This document shows positions 25,256-38,282 of a DNA stretch of 64,000 bases, piece after piece; the stretch's first letter is position 1, and each line of letters opens with the position of its first letter. The stretch is from Octopus sinensis. Its lineage: Eukaryota. A model generated the notes under the pieces. That model did no database searches. It saw only the letters and a program-made list of their open reading frames with translations, and was not told the origin of the DNA. The position numbers and the translations under genes are program-made. The DNA is taken from positions 200,198,001 through 200,262,000 of the forward strand of contig NC_042998.1 in NCBI RefSeq assembly GCF_006345805.1, written 5' to 3'.

Positions 25256-26760
25256 CGTTATCATTATTATTGTTATTATTATTATTATTATTATATTATT
25301 ATTATTATTATTATTATTATCATTATTATTATTATTATTATTTTTATTGGAAAACGATTTACATAAGTCATTGTCTCAGCTGGTTTTTGATCAGAGTAAA
25401 ATAGTACTTATATAAGATTGAAAGTTACAGCTAAAATGTTTGCAACCTTAAGATTGTATTCAAAATTAGTATCCACACTGTGGATTTAAAAAATAATGCT
25501 CTTCGTTTCTTCCTAGTTTTCTCACTGCATGCTTTGCTCTTTCTATGGATAATAAATACCGCGTCCTCCCTCTATAGCTCTCCGGCCAAATTAAGAAAAG
25601 ATTCATGCAAACAGTATAACATATCTTTATATATAAAAGTCAAGTTGTGTGTCTGTCTCCGACGATTTAGATTCCTAACCACTCCCACATTTTGCGGTGC
25701 AGTTTATCCAAAACCGGGTATCTTATAGTCGTGATTCATATCGAGCCCTTCTCGGTATTAGCGCCCGTCTACAATGAGTCTACGATCTTAAAAAAAAATT
25801 ACCATAATTTTATTTCCATTTTAATGCATTTTTTTCGCTATTATATGAGGGAAGTAACTCTCTAAAAATGTCTACGATGAGTCAACGATTTAAAAAAAAA
25901 TTACCATCATTTTGTTTCCATTTTTAATGCATTTTTTGCTATTTTTTCGCTATAACTCTCTAAAAATGCTTATATAGTTATTTCCCTTACAATCCCGAGC
26001 AACGCCAGGCGATACTGCTAGTAGATACTAACAAAATCAATGATCTGAGCAGAGTCACTACATTCCATGGTGATACACAATTGTTCAGTCTGTCTTTTCC
26101 ATTATTCCCCACTCAAACTGTACAACTGTAGATCTAGTGAGGAGAATAAAACCTATCCGATCCTTAATGAGAGAGAAGGTATTTGAGCGAATATTAAGGT
26201 TTTGTTAAAAAGTAAGGAGGAAATGCTAGAGTCATAAGAACTAATATCAAAATGAAAGATGTAGTACCTATTTTTGTTCAGCCGTCGTATGATGTCGTTG
26301 GTATTAGCAATTAGATTAAAATAGAGCATAGAAAAAAGACGAGGAACAGCTTTGTCCAAACAATCTTTGCTTACATGTCCAGTGTCTGACACATTGGAAC
26401 AAATCAACATCAATGAATGGTTGTCTTTGAAGTTGTCTCTGGAGTTGTAATTTAAGTTCCTTAGTTCTAAAAGTTTCAGTACGATCCTCTGACTTCAGTA
26501 TACCACAATGGGACAAATGTCCTTATGTTTTAGCAAGGATTTCCCTACGATCACGGACCAAGCAACCGCTGTTATCTTATTACTTTGGAATTCCCTTAGA
26601 TCCTCGACGAATTGGTAACTACTAATATTCTTGATAAAAGATATTTTAAAATTTTCTCTTTCTCTAGTTAGCTTACGGTGGAATCTTTACTCAATAGCCT
26701 ACGATACACATGCTTAGATATTCTAGAAACAGCTGTAAGGTATTTTATATATTTACTATA
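24950..26760 (-). mobile_element. Decayed PLE RT region, interrupted by a Helitron and an (ATT)n tract
   Basis: LICSNVSDTGHVSK, FHFDISSYDSSI, ITMECSDSAQIIDFVSIY|MLY, LYREDAV, NLKVANILAVTFNL, RISHLSSNKNIF...KAGY. Confidence 0.8.
25624..26021 (+). mobile_element. Non-autonomous Helitron
   Basis: A|TC 5' end (TCTTTATATATAAAAG), 3' CCCGAGCAACGCCAGG hairpin then CTAG|T, no TSD; second copy at 39261-39593. Confidence 0.9.
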
Positions 26761-27014
26761 AAGTTCTTGCACAATGTTTAAAACATAAATTAAATGCACT
26801 AGGGGGATAGAACATGTTTACTTGTTCATTTTCTATTTCTAATATATATGTCTACCCGCTTTACGATGGACCACTTCTAGACATATTTGATAAATAGCTT
26901 GAATTCCACATATTTCAGTTTTTGCTCAAGCCAGAATTTTAATCGTAACCCAAACCGAGCACTCAGAGTACGTACTTATATATATGTCCTTAGTATGGAT
27001 TCCCTACGATCATG

Positions 27015-27078
27015 GACCTAGGACACAGGTAGTAAACATTCCTAAAATATTTGTTACCCTGATATTATTAATTATATA

Positions 27079-27116
<38 letters not shown>

Positions 27117-27296
27117 AATATGTGTGTGTGTGTGTGTGGTGTGTGTGTGTGTGTATGTATGTATATTCTACAATCAACATTTGTTTCAGTAGCGTGTTGA
27201 CATGCCATATGTACAAAGGTGGAAAAAAATTAATAATACTGTCATGTTATGTCTTAATGATCATATATATATATACACACATGCACACACACACAT

Positions 27297-27344
<48 letters not shown>

Positions 27345-27645
27345 GTACGTACTATGAGTGGTTCGGACTTTAGCTGTATCTTCTAGCGTGAAAGTAATCC
27401 TATGAAGAATACTTGTTATGTGTTTAAATGTACACTGTATTTATATGAATAATACATAGTCTATTGACTAATTTTTCTAGACGCTAGGCCACAGGTAGTA
27501 AAAATTTCTAAAATATTTATTACCCTGATATTATTAATTATATTTATATATATATATTCTATAATCAACATTTGTTTCAATAGCGTGTTGACATGTCATA
27601 TGTACTCACGAAACATGGAAGAAATTAATAATAGCGTCCTGTTAT
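27015..27645. repeat. Diverged local direct duplication (about 27015-27250 and 27483-27645)
   Basis: Shared text acaggtagtaaa...taccctgatattattaatta...aatcaacatttgtttca.tagcgtgttgacatg. Confidence 0.8.
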
Positions 27646-28568
27646 ATATGTCCTTATTATGTTTTTATGATTATATGAATGAAATTTTATATTCATCTAT
27701 GTTTCTCTCCAAAATTATGAGACGTATGAATATGAACAAGTATAAAATTATACTTAGAAATTTATTCCGAAAGTACAAGATATATAATCACTAAAATTAT
27801 ACATTATATTTTCATTATAAATTTCTTAATGTAAAATGATATGTTACGACAAACTCTTCCATTATAACTAATGTATTATTTAAGCATAGCTTTTTCTTTC
27901 CTTGCTATATTGCGAGTTTGTGACAACTAATTTAGCATTTACTTATAATATGATTTTGTTTATCCCGTTTAGGAGGTATACAGATGAGAATAAATGACGT
28001 AGCAATGGATCACCTAACCAGCTCAAACAATTGAACACAAATGCAGTGCTCGACTCTGAACAACATAGAGCAACTAGCCCCGACAAGAAAGTGTTCTGAA
28101 AATATGTATGTTTGAAGCAGAGACCTCACTCTCTAGTTAGCTTTCTTTAGAATCCCCACACATGTAAGATCACAGATGATCCCAATGAATACGCTGAACC
28201 GATTGCTCTATGCTATTCTGGCATTTTTACTATTGAAAATCCAGGTGTACTTTCTTCGTCAAGTTGTATAACATTTGTAAAATTCACACCCGCAACGCTG
28301 CGACACTACCTCAAAAAGCCCAGTGTTTACTCCCTCAACAACATTAATCTTAAAACTTTTGTAAGTGAACGTGACCTGGGTATTATTGTAAACAGCGAAT
28401 TGCGTTGGACATACCACATCTCTAAGATTGTCAAAAAGGCAAGGGATGTCTTAACATCACTCAGTACGCTCTTCAGTTTTCTATTTAAAGCTGTATATGA
28501 CTATGGTACACCCACACTTAGAGTTTGCATCACCAGTTTGGAACCTTTATCTTGGTCAGCATATTGAT

Positions 28569-28978
28569 CTCTCTTTTACTCTTTTACTCTTTTACTCATT
28601 TGACTGCGGCCATGCTGGAGCACCGCCTTTAATCGAGCAACTCGACCCCGGGACTTATTCTTTTGTAAGCCCAGTACTTATTCTATCGGTCTCTTTTTGC
28701 CGAACCGTTAAGTGACGGGGACATAAACACACCAGCATCGGTTGTCAAGCAATGCTAAGGGGACAAACACAAACACACAAACACACACACACACACATAT
28801 ATATATACATATATACGACGGGCTTCTTTCAGTTTCTGTGTACCAAATCCACTCACAAGGCTTTGGTCGGCCCGAGGCTATAGCAGAAGACACTTGCCCA
28901 AGGTGCCACGCAGTGGGACTGAACCCGGAAACATGTGGTTGGTAAACAAGCTACTTACCACACAGTCACTCCTGCGCC
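28569..28978 (-). mobile_element. SINE family A, full length, nested in CR1
   Basis: Similarity to other copies; splits the CR1 frame at QHID|RLQTVQ. Confidence 0.95.
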
Positions 28979-29210
28979 TGCAAGCCGTTCAGATCGCCTG
29001 CAAACCGTTCAGAAATGTGCAACCAAACGAATATCTGTTGTCAGACATCTGTCATACTCTGAACGTCTTGCCTTGGTGGGTGGGGGCACATTAAAGCTCC
29101 CATGACTGGCAACAAACTTGGCAAACACCCACAAGATTATCCACCATCGCTCCAACAACAGTTTTATTCACCTCTTTGAATTCCATATGTCAAACCCTCG
29201 TGGATATGCT

Positions 29211-29452
29211 GTATTTCACTGAATTGACCATGAAGGTTGTACATAGATAAATGTAGCTGCGGGATGGACAGGGACATTAATGTGTATGAAAAGGACAAAG
29301 ATGGTAAAAACTGGGAGGGGCACCGGCGCCCGCCGACCGGTAACCCCTCGAAATCACTGTTCAATTTAAATCTATATAAAACAAAATTATAATCACAATT
29401 ATAATTACAATTGCAAAAGTATATTTTTGATTATTCTTCGTCTTCCTCATCT
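29211..29452. other. Unclassified 242-bp insertion with 13-bp target-site duplication
   Basis: TCGTGGATATGCT (29198-29210) and TCGCGGATATGCT (29453-29465); removing it rejoins the CR1 frame. Confidence 0.7.
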
Positions 29453-30764
29453 TCGCGGATATGCTTACAAATTAAAAAAAACAACACAGCACCTATGACT
29501 TTCGGAAACATTTTTTCATGCTCAGAATTGTTGAAGGATAGAATAAACAACCTGCATCAGTTTTAACTGTTGTGACACTACAACCTTCAAAACTTCCATA
29601 CTTCCTGAAATTCGTCACCACGACACCAACATTTTTTCCTTTAGTTGTTGTGCATCTGAGCACTGCATACCAGAATTTCAATTATTAAGTTATTATATTA
29701 CACTGATTTATTTAAAGTATCAATCGTTTTATAAAGTGACACATTATTTACATTTAATATATCTATTGTCAAATTGACGATATGAAAGTTAGTACCTTTG
29801 AAGTGAGGGTTTCGTTATTATTTACGAAACTAATGAATAGTGCAGAACTTTATTATGTCTATAAACGTATACTGAATGTATGTATTGCGTAGATGTATTC
29901 CGGTTGGTAAAATATCGATTTGAATGTACTGAGTGCAAAATTTGATATCATTCGATTTTGAGGATTACAGAGGATAAATAAAATATATTGTATCGAACGT
30001 TTTCCCTATGGTGTTTGCTGCATTGAAATAACTATTTTTCCTTTAATTTTGTCTTTTTCTCTGAACTAAAATTCAGGTACTTTACCTTCGGTTGCGGAAT
30101 ATTATAACACATTTGGGCGAATGATTTAGTCTAACATACTGAACTAAGTGCATCGCTGCTACCTTAATTTATTGGGGAAAAGGGTAGAAAGATAAAGTTG
30201 AATGTTAAAGTATATATTATAAAGCACGAGCATGAATTATGCATATCGATTTGTCCGATGGAAACAATTCCTCTAAACCACCATGGCCTTACTTTGATTT
30301 AAAATTCAGATTTTCACTGCCGAGATTATACATACTATTATACACGAACTCATCGATATATAATACATAGAAACACACACACACACACAAGCATGCGCAC
30401 GCAAGCATAACACGCACACACACACACACACGCACACACAGACACAAGCACAGAGACACACACATACACATACATATACATATGGTTGCGTTTGGTGCAA
30501 TAACTCAATACAGTTACACACACACGCGTACACACACAAGCATTTATACATGTGTATATTCTTTCTAGTGAGAAATATTCAATCGAATTATAACACTATC
30601 ATAATAAATATTCCAGCCTAAGATCTGCATTTATTTTGCACCGCTGAAGGATGCATTCAGTTCAGCAGCATAAAGTAGAAAACTCCTATCTCTAAAATCA
30701 CAACTATTACCTGTATAGATAATTCATAATGGCATTATAATTCCACTTTAAATAAACTTACACA

Positions 30765-31366
30765 GATCAACGGTGGAGGCCTTTAAATATGGTTTCTGAT
30801 TATAAATATCTTGGGTCATACATATCATCATCTGGAAAAGACTTTCTAACTAGAAAGGGCATGGCCTGGTCAGCCTCTAATGACATGCATAAGATCTGGT
30901 CATCGAATCTAAGTAGAGACTTCAAACGTGAAATATTCAAAGCCACAGTCGAACCAATTCTACTATATAGCTCAGAAACCTGGACGGTATCAAAGAAGCT
31001 TGAGAGGCGGTTGGATGGAACCTACACTCGCCTCCTTATGAGAGCTCAACATCTCTCGTGGAGGCGCCATTCAACCAAAATGCAAATATATGGGAAACTA
31101 CCACCTGTGTCATCTCTTGTGAAAGGTAGGAGAGTCCAGTTTGCTGGACATTGTTGTAGAGCTGAAAAAGAAGTAATTTCTACTCTTCTCCTCTGGAAGA
31201 CATCTACTCGCAATACCAGAGGGCGCACACTCTCCTACCCTGATGTAATCTCCAGGGATACAGGCATCCAGCAACAGGACCTCCGTAATGGTATGATGGA
31301 CCGTGAAGTCTGGTGTAACATAGTAAATTTCATTGTCTCGACCACGGTCGAACAATGATGTTGATG
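30765..31366 (+). mobile_element. RTE/RTEX-like LINE 3' fragment with an open 189-aa frame and (TGA)n tail
   Basis: YKYLGSYI...VEPILLYSSETWT...LDGTYTRLL...RRVQFAGHC...DREVW. Confidence 0.92.
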
Positions 31367-31506
31367 AAAGGCGTCCACTTAACAGCCGATGATGTTGACA
31401 CCAAACATTGTGTTAGATATACCGATCACAGTGAAATCAATGAGAGAAAGACAGAGAAAGAATGAGTGTGTGAGAAAGACAGAGTGAGACACTCACACGG
31501 ACAGAC

Positions 31507-31556
<50 letters not shown>

Positions 31557-32092
31557 GACATGACATTGAACATAATTATATACGGAGAGGGTGACGGACA
31601 GCCAATGACAGGACGCACGAAGAATAATTCTAAAGTTTGCTTGTCGAATATCAGTTCCTATTTTATTTTTGCAGCACACTTTACTGTATATTTCCATCGC
31701 TTTCAACATCCGCCAAATCTCCGCATTTGTTCAAACACAAAGAGTTAGAGAGAAGAAGCAGGAATATCCTAGTGAACTCGTGACGTGTACCGAGATCATA
31801 ACTTCTATTATTTGTCATTTTCTGTTCAAATTCTATAACTTGAGGTAGGACAATGACTTTCCTGTGTTACGTTTATGTATTTGTTTTGCAAAATTCCTGT
31901 TGTGAAATCGTGTATTCAAATATATTTGTTATATTTTGGAATGGTCATATTTTGTTTCTTGCCAAATAAACACGCGCACTATATATTCGTTCTCCATTTG
32001 TTTACAGTTCTATATTTAAGAGATGAGGAACTATGTGCATTATTTACATCATTTACAATTGACGGATATTTGTCCTCATCTTGTTTGTTGTT

Positions 32093-32138
32093 AACACAAA
32101 GTTTCGGCTGATATACACCCCAGCCTTCATCAGATGTC
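32093..32138 (-). ncRNA. Hammerhead, inverted copy (stem III mutated)
   Basis: GACAU-CUGAUGA-A-GGCUG...CAGCC-GAAAC-UUU-GUGUU. Confidence 0.55.
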
Positions 32139-32212
32139 TTGGGGAAATTTCGATTTCAAATCAGGGTTCTCATTCCTAAGGTATTTTTCGATGTTTTTAT
32201 GCCACGGGCATA

Positions 32213-32266
32213 TGGCGTAGTGGTTAAGAGCGCGGGCTAGTAACTCTAAGATTCCGAGTTCGATTC
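32213..32266 (+). promoter_or_regulatory. RNA Pol III type-2 promoter (A box TGGCGTAGTGG, B box GAGTTCGATTC) in a tRNA-like sequence
   Basis: tRNA-like spacing and a CTAGTAA anticodon-loop-like heptamer; no acceptor stem, so not a tRNA gene. Confidence 0.7.
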
Positions 32267-32278
32267 CTGGCAGTGAAG

Positions 32279-32330
<52 letters not shown>

Positions 32331-32389
32331 CAACAACAACATCGAAAAAATACCTTAGGAATGAGAAGCAAGGTTCGAAATTTCCAGAA

Positions 32390-32435
32390 GACACCTGATG
32401 AACGCTGGAGGATATACCAGCCGAAACGTTGTGTT
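32390..32435 (+). ncRNA. Minimal type I hammerhead
   Basis: GACAC-CUGAUGA-A-CGCUGG...CCAGCC-GAAAC-GUU-GUGUU; palindromic ACGU stem III; 10.1-11.1 is a mismatch here but G-C in the inverted copy. Confidence 0.7.
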
Positions 32436-32949
32436 AACAATAAACAAGATGACGACAAATGTAAATAATGTAAATAATGTTGATTCGTTTATTATTGTTC
32501 TTATTTTATGTCCATTGTCTGGAAATATTTCGTTACACATCTTGTGACCTCTTCAGCTACCCTCCATCCCTCGATTCTCATCCTGTTTCGTTTAGTGTCT
32601 TTTAATGGTGCGGACAAAACAGAAAAGAACAAGACACGCGCGATAGAGAGTTGCTGAAAAGGTCATAGGGTGTGTGACGAAAGATATAAAATAAAAACAA
32701 TAATAAACAACTGAAGAACAAATATATAGTGCGTGTGTTTATTTGGCAAGAAACAATGACCGTCCCGAAATATGAAATAGACTCTAGTATGTTATGTTGA
32801 ATTATAGCAGCACATGCTATGTATACACTAACTTCAAAGGACAATAGAGCTCGTTGTACGTCTGAATGATGTATTGTCAAAGTTAGAAAGTATATAGTCA
32901 GTTGAAAGTGTGAAAATCTACATAGTTGTAAGAAATATGCCGTATTATA

Positions 32950-33354
32950 GGCGCAGGAGTAGCTGTGTGGTAAGTGGCTTGCTTAGCAACCACATGATTC
33001 CGGGTTCAGTCCCACTGCGTGGCATCTTGGGTTAGTGTCTTCTGCTATAGCCCCGGGCCGACCAATGCCTTGTGAGTGGATTTGGTAGACGGAAACTGAA
33101 AGAAGCCTGTCGCATATATGTATATGTGTGTGTGTGCATATGTTTGTGTGTCAGTGTTTGTCCCCCTAGCATTGCTTGACAACCGATGCTGGTGTGTTTA
33201 CGTCCCCGATACTTTGCGGTTCGGCAAAAAAGACCGATAGAATAAGTACTGGGCTTACAAAGAATAATTCCCGGGGTCGATTTGCTCGACTAAAGGCGGT
33301 GCTCCAGCATGGCCGCAGTCAAATGACTGAAACGAGTAAAAGAGTAAAAAGAGT
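32950..33354 (+). mobile_element. SINE family A, full length
   Basis: Complete head, body and tail. Confidence 0.95.
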
Positions 33355-34550
33355 ATTATTACCAACATGTGTTAAAAGTAAAAAAGAATTCATAGTTTAA
33401 ACAGTTTATGGTATTGTGACTTTAAATAGTCTGCAATGTTACATCTTAAAGATCTCGAAAGGACGAAACATAATCTCGTACATGAAATCAGAAATTAAAC
33501 AGTCGTAACTAGATGTTGCATTGCATTACATCTTGTCTGACATTCTATCCTTACTGTCATCAAGTGACAAAGTATTACCAGGCATGGCAGTGCTACAATA
33601 TGGCCAAACCGTTGCCTAAATCGAGGATTTGTTAAACATATCTTGACCAAAGTCAGAAAATAAAAATGAAAAATAAACAAAAAAACTTCCATCTAGAGAT
33701 TAAGTCACTGAAAAACAACGTTGAATGAAATCTTTCAGCAAGTTGTATAGATAAGAGCAAATTTTTAATCTCTCCTTCGAAATACTTTCCCCGATATCAC
33801 AATCACACTTAGGTTTTCTCGTATAGAACGGTCTTGTAAACATAACAACAACACGTAGAAATCCGGAAAAGTGACATAATCTAAAAAAATTATATTTTCG
33901 CCAGCACTAATTGAATATATATATATATATATATATGTATATTCTAGTACAGGCGCAGAGCCAGGAATTTGGGGTTTGTGGGAATGAGTTAACCGATTAC
34001 ACAGTATACAGTACTCTCAAGTGGTACTTATTTTATCAAGCATGAACTGCAAAGTAACCTTCAGTGATATTTGGACTGAGAACGTTGTATATACGTACAT
34101 ATATATAGAAGTTTGTATGTGTGTGTGACTATGTATCTTTGTGATTGTATACACATGTATACATACACAACAGCACACTCACCCAAAATAACATATGCAC
34201 ATACATACGTATCGGTTATAAATGACATTGTTTCAATTTCTGGACAGGCCAACAGATTCCACTTCCTCTTGCTCACATCTTCTCAGCTGAAAATGTCTAC
34301 AAGTCAATAGCTGATGTAACCTTATCTCATTCAAACTGTTATACATTCGAAATTCAATGGATCAAGGGTGACAGGGATAAATGTTTTTTTTTTATGTCAA
34401 CTCTCCACTACATGAACACCAAATTGGATTAGCAATATTTTCTTATAAAAGAACGCGTCATACTCGCTTGCAAAGCTTCTCTTCCTTCTCCTTGGTCAAC
34501 ATCATTATTATTTTCATCATCATCGTAATCTGCTCCTTCATTTTTCTGAT

Positions 34551-34629
<79 letters not shown>

Positions 34630-34711
34630 CATAAGCGTGAATATATGCCTGCTTATGTGTATATGATTATGTGTGTTCTTGTTTGCAGATCTGTCTCAAT
34701 AATTAAGGTAT

Positions 34712-34935
34712 TTATATGTAGAGCTGAAAAAGAGGTAATTTCTACTCTTCTCCTCTGGAAGCCATCTGCTCGCGATACCAGAGGGCGCACACTCTCCTAC
34801 CCTGATGTAATCTCCAGGAATACAGGCATCCAGCAACAGGACCTCCGTAATGCCATAATGGACCGTGAAATCTGGCGTAGCATGGTAAATGCCATTGTCT
34901 CGACCACAGTCGAACAATGATGATGAGGATGATGA
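34712..34935 (+). mobile_element. Short 3' fragment of the same RTE-like family as 30765-31366
   Basis: Near-identical RAEKEVISTLLLWK...VSTTVEQ* followed by (TGA)n. Confidence 0.92.
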
Positions 34936-35939
34936 TTTATCACACAACTCGACTACCTTTCTGTAGTATAGCCAACATTGCAAATAAATTTTGAGAGAAT
35001 TTGAGTGAATATACGGAAGGACACTCTGTGTATACAGATGTCTGTAGTTATGTATGCTTAGACACACACACTTACATACACACACACACACACACACTCA
35101 CAGGTACATTTATATGTATCTATGCTTATGCATATATACATACATATATAAATTATATACTAGTTGAGGTACCCGGTATTAATGCTAGTATCCATTACAA
35201 TGCTTAATTTCCCCCAAACGAGAAATGAAATCAAGACATAGGACAGATAATAGAATGCGTATAAAAAATTCATTCACGAAACAGTAATACATATAAATAC
35301 AGAAAATGACAATCGTTGCTGCAAATATATAATCAATGGAAACAACAAGATGTGAATTGTAAAGGAGTGCAATGAAAGAAAAAAACATAAAACTTTCAAA
35401 AGTAAACAATATATCATTTAGAGAAAGGCACTTAATTTGACGACTCTGTTTCATGGGTATAGTTCCACTGATCGTGAAAATCAAATAATATCGATTGCAA
35501 GGATCAGAACCGACAATTTTAAGTTCAGGTGTTAAGAAAATATATGTTAGATGTTTTAGCACAGAAGGCTGCAACGTTTAGAATCGATAATTTTTAGTGC
35601 AGATGTTAAGAAAATACATGTTGCAGAAACTTGAGAATGTTGAAATAATTGATGAAGATTTAAACCTCACAACAATTTAGGCAAGATGTTGCTAATCAGT
35701 AAATCAAAAATCATTTTACACTTTGCTTCAGTGGCCTAGGTAAAAATTTTATTTGTCTCAACCCATTCTTAGCGCATATTCCTTCTCTTTATATAATATT
35801 TCAAGAAAATCAGTTGAAAACTTTTAACGTTATGGTAGAAAATGACTTTCATATGAGAACTTGCATTGAAATGTCCTACTGGCTTTTGAAATATCTTTGC
35901 TGATTATATATTTTCAATTATTTATTTATTTATTTATTT

Positions 35940-36098
35940 TGAAATTCCAAGTGAAATAGTGACCGCGTGTGCATAAGCTCCACACACGTATTAAGTTTCA
36001 TGAAAATCTGTTGCATAGTCTCGGATGAGTTAAAGTACTAAATTTACAAACACACACAGCTACAGACAGATTTTGTCATTAATGCATATAGGTAGATT

Positions 36099-36100
<2 letters not shown>
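35940..36100 (-). mobile_element. Possible decayed Helitron-type 5' end
   Basis: aagtttcatgaaaatc...acaaacacacacagctacagacag...tagat resembles such ends; no 3' end found. Confidence 0.35.
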
Positions 36101-36131
<31 letters not shown>

Positions 36132-36307
36132 TTGTGTGTGCATGTATGTATATGCATTACCCTGTATTCCTCCCCCAGCAATCTTTACAGATAATGGAAG
36201 TCTTATCGACGCAGACCACCGCTAATCTCTTGTTTCTGTTTTCTGATTATATGTGTGTGTGTGAAGGTGTGTGTGTCTGAAGGTGTGTGTGTTTGCTTGT
36301 GCGTCTA

Positions 36308-36338
<31 letters not shown>

Positions 36339-38104
36339 CTGTCTGTTTGTGGTTGTGTCTTACTTTCGTAAGGAATTACAGGGGTCCTGCTAAGGGTTCG
36401 AACGAGGGACGGCGTGCGAAAGACCAGCTCACCCAGATGAACTGATTGAAATGCTTAGTCAGTGCCACGCCCATCCCTCATATTGATGTTGTCAATTTCA
36501 ATAAAATATATTCCAGCAATATGATGCGTTTTCCATATTTTCTAACCGTGAAAACAATTTCATAGAAATTGAATGTTTAATATTGAATACTCGTACACGT
36601 AGTTTTAAATTTTAAAAAAGTGTGTCATCATCAATAGAATTGCTTAATATGTCGTTCATTTTAATTCCAAACATCAGTACTCAGTACGCATTTAAGATAT
36701 GGTAGGGTAGGGTACTAAGTTAATTTAAATGAAGAGAGTGGTCCATGTGGAAGGAGAAGTAGATAAAGGGGGTCAGTGCGGAGGAAGTGGCTAAATGGGG
36801 GCGATGGACGAAAGGTTTGGCGACCTCTGCCTTAGACATATTAGATTGTAATCCTATAACTTTCTGCGATGATAACGTTTCAACTTACTTTTATGAAATG
36901 TTATTACTTCAATAAGTTCAATTATTAGAAATGCCTTTATTATTTGAACTTATTTTTGGATTGCTTCGATTACTCTGTATTTAATCTTCAACATTATTAA
37001 AGCTTATCAATCAAATGACCGAGATCGTTCCAATATAGTGATTGTTGCTTCATGCACAGGATTAAGTTTGTACGAGAGAAATAATATCCCACTTTATTAA
37101 ACCTTGAGTTGGATCCATTTTGAGTGCGGATTGACGAAATTGAAGAAATCAAGAAATCAAAATTAACTCTTCAATATATATTACAGTTGCGATTTACTTA
37201 TTCTTCCCTAAAGCATACGCGTTCGGCCTCTGTTCACCCTCAATGTTCATCGAAATTCTTCAACTATAAACACATATCACGGAGACCAAACACCCACCCA
37301 CACATGTTCCACCATTAACGGGATAACGTATATTAATTTAAAACGTACACACCACATTTCAGATTGCACACTCATTTATGTATCCACTCAACATATACGA
37401 ACAGAAATATCTACATGCACAAGATTCATGCAAACACATACATACACATATGCACATATTCACGCAAAATGTAAACGTCTCCGGACTGTGCATCCAACTG
37501 GTGTCCCTTCAGGTATTAAATACTTCAAGAGCCACATAAGCACAGGCCTAATACAATATGACAAGCACAATTCTGCGATCGCATTCGAAGTTCTCCATAC
37601 ATTAGAATTACACACACATAAACACATGCTTCTTCTGCATGCTATTTATGCACAAATAAATATATGTGCAAACACTGACATTGCTATCGTTCTATTGCTC
37701 TTCCACCAGAAAATACGTCATTAGCCCGTTTCATATATCCGGCTCACCAGCGGCCAAATATTTAGCGCTGTACAACACGGATTTTTTATTGTGGAAAAGA
37801 TTTCTCTGTTGTCTCTTGTGTGCGTTCCTTTTTTTTTACTTTCCTACTATCTCTTTGCTTCTACTCTTTCTCCACAATCAGTAAAAGTAGTAAGTCGGAG
37901 ATGTTATATTTATGCGTATTTTTTGTTTTTAGTTTATGTTGTTTGCTATACAAGCATACACACAAACAAACATACATATAGACATTTATAAATACACATT
38001 TATAATCACACGTAAAGGATTTAATATTGCTCTAATATTGAGGGTTATGCCTTTGCTCAGATTGCCCTACGCTCATGGAGGTTCAAAATATTGCTTTAAA
38101 ATTT

Positions 38105-38282
38105 GGGCACAATGCCAACAGTTTCGAAGGTGCAGTAAATTTATTACATCGACTCCAATACTCAACCGGTACTTATTCGATCGACACCGAAAGGATGAAA
38201 GGGAAACTCGACCTCCTGAGTATTTGAACTCAGAACCAAATGCTGCTAAACGTTTTAACCGTGCTAACGATTTTGTCACCTC
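38105..38282 (-). mobile_element. SINE family C, diverged
   Basis: Reverse complement matches 52611-52845. Confidence 0.8.

Larger units (their letters stand above)
28060..29620 (+). mobile_element. Decayed CR1-like LINE with internal deletion and two nested insertions
   Basis: KITDDPNEYAE, ERDLGIIVNSEL.W..HISKIVKKA, MVHPHLEFASPVWN, LQTVQKCATK, THKII, RKHFF.LRIVE.*NK. Confidence 0.88.
32010..32490. mobile_element. Composite PLE-derived element: inverted pseudo-LTR + tRNA-like head + (AAT)n + pseudo-LTR with hammerhead
   Basis: 32010-32195 is the reverse complement of about 32338-32490; a second copy of the head and pLTR lies at 43241-43460. Confidence 0.8.

Noticed and set aside
32206-32275. 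Possible tRNA-Thr gene
   Set aside because: No acceptor-stem pairing and poor anticodon stem; treated as a tRNA-derived head
36379-36830. Possible hAT MITE (CAGGGGTC...GACCTCTG)
   Set aside because: Terminal match is short and there is no 8-bp TSD
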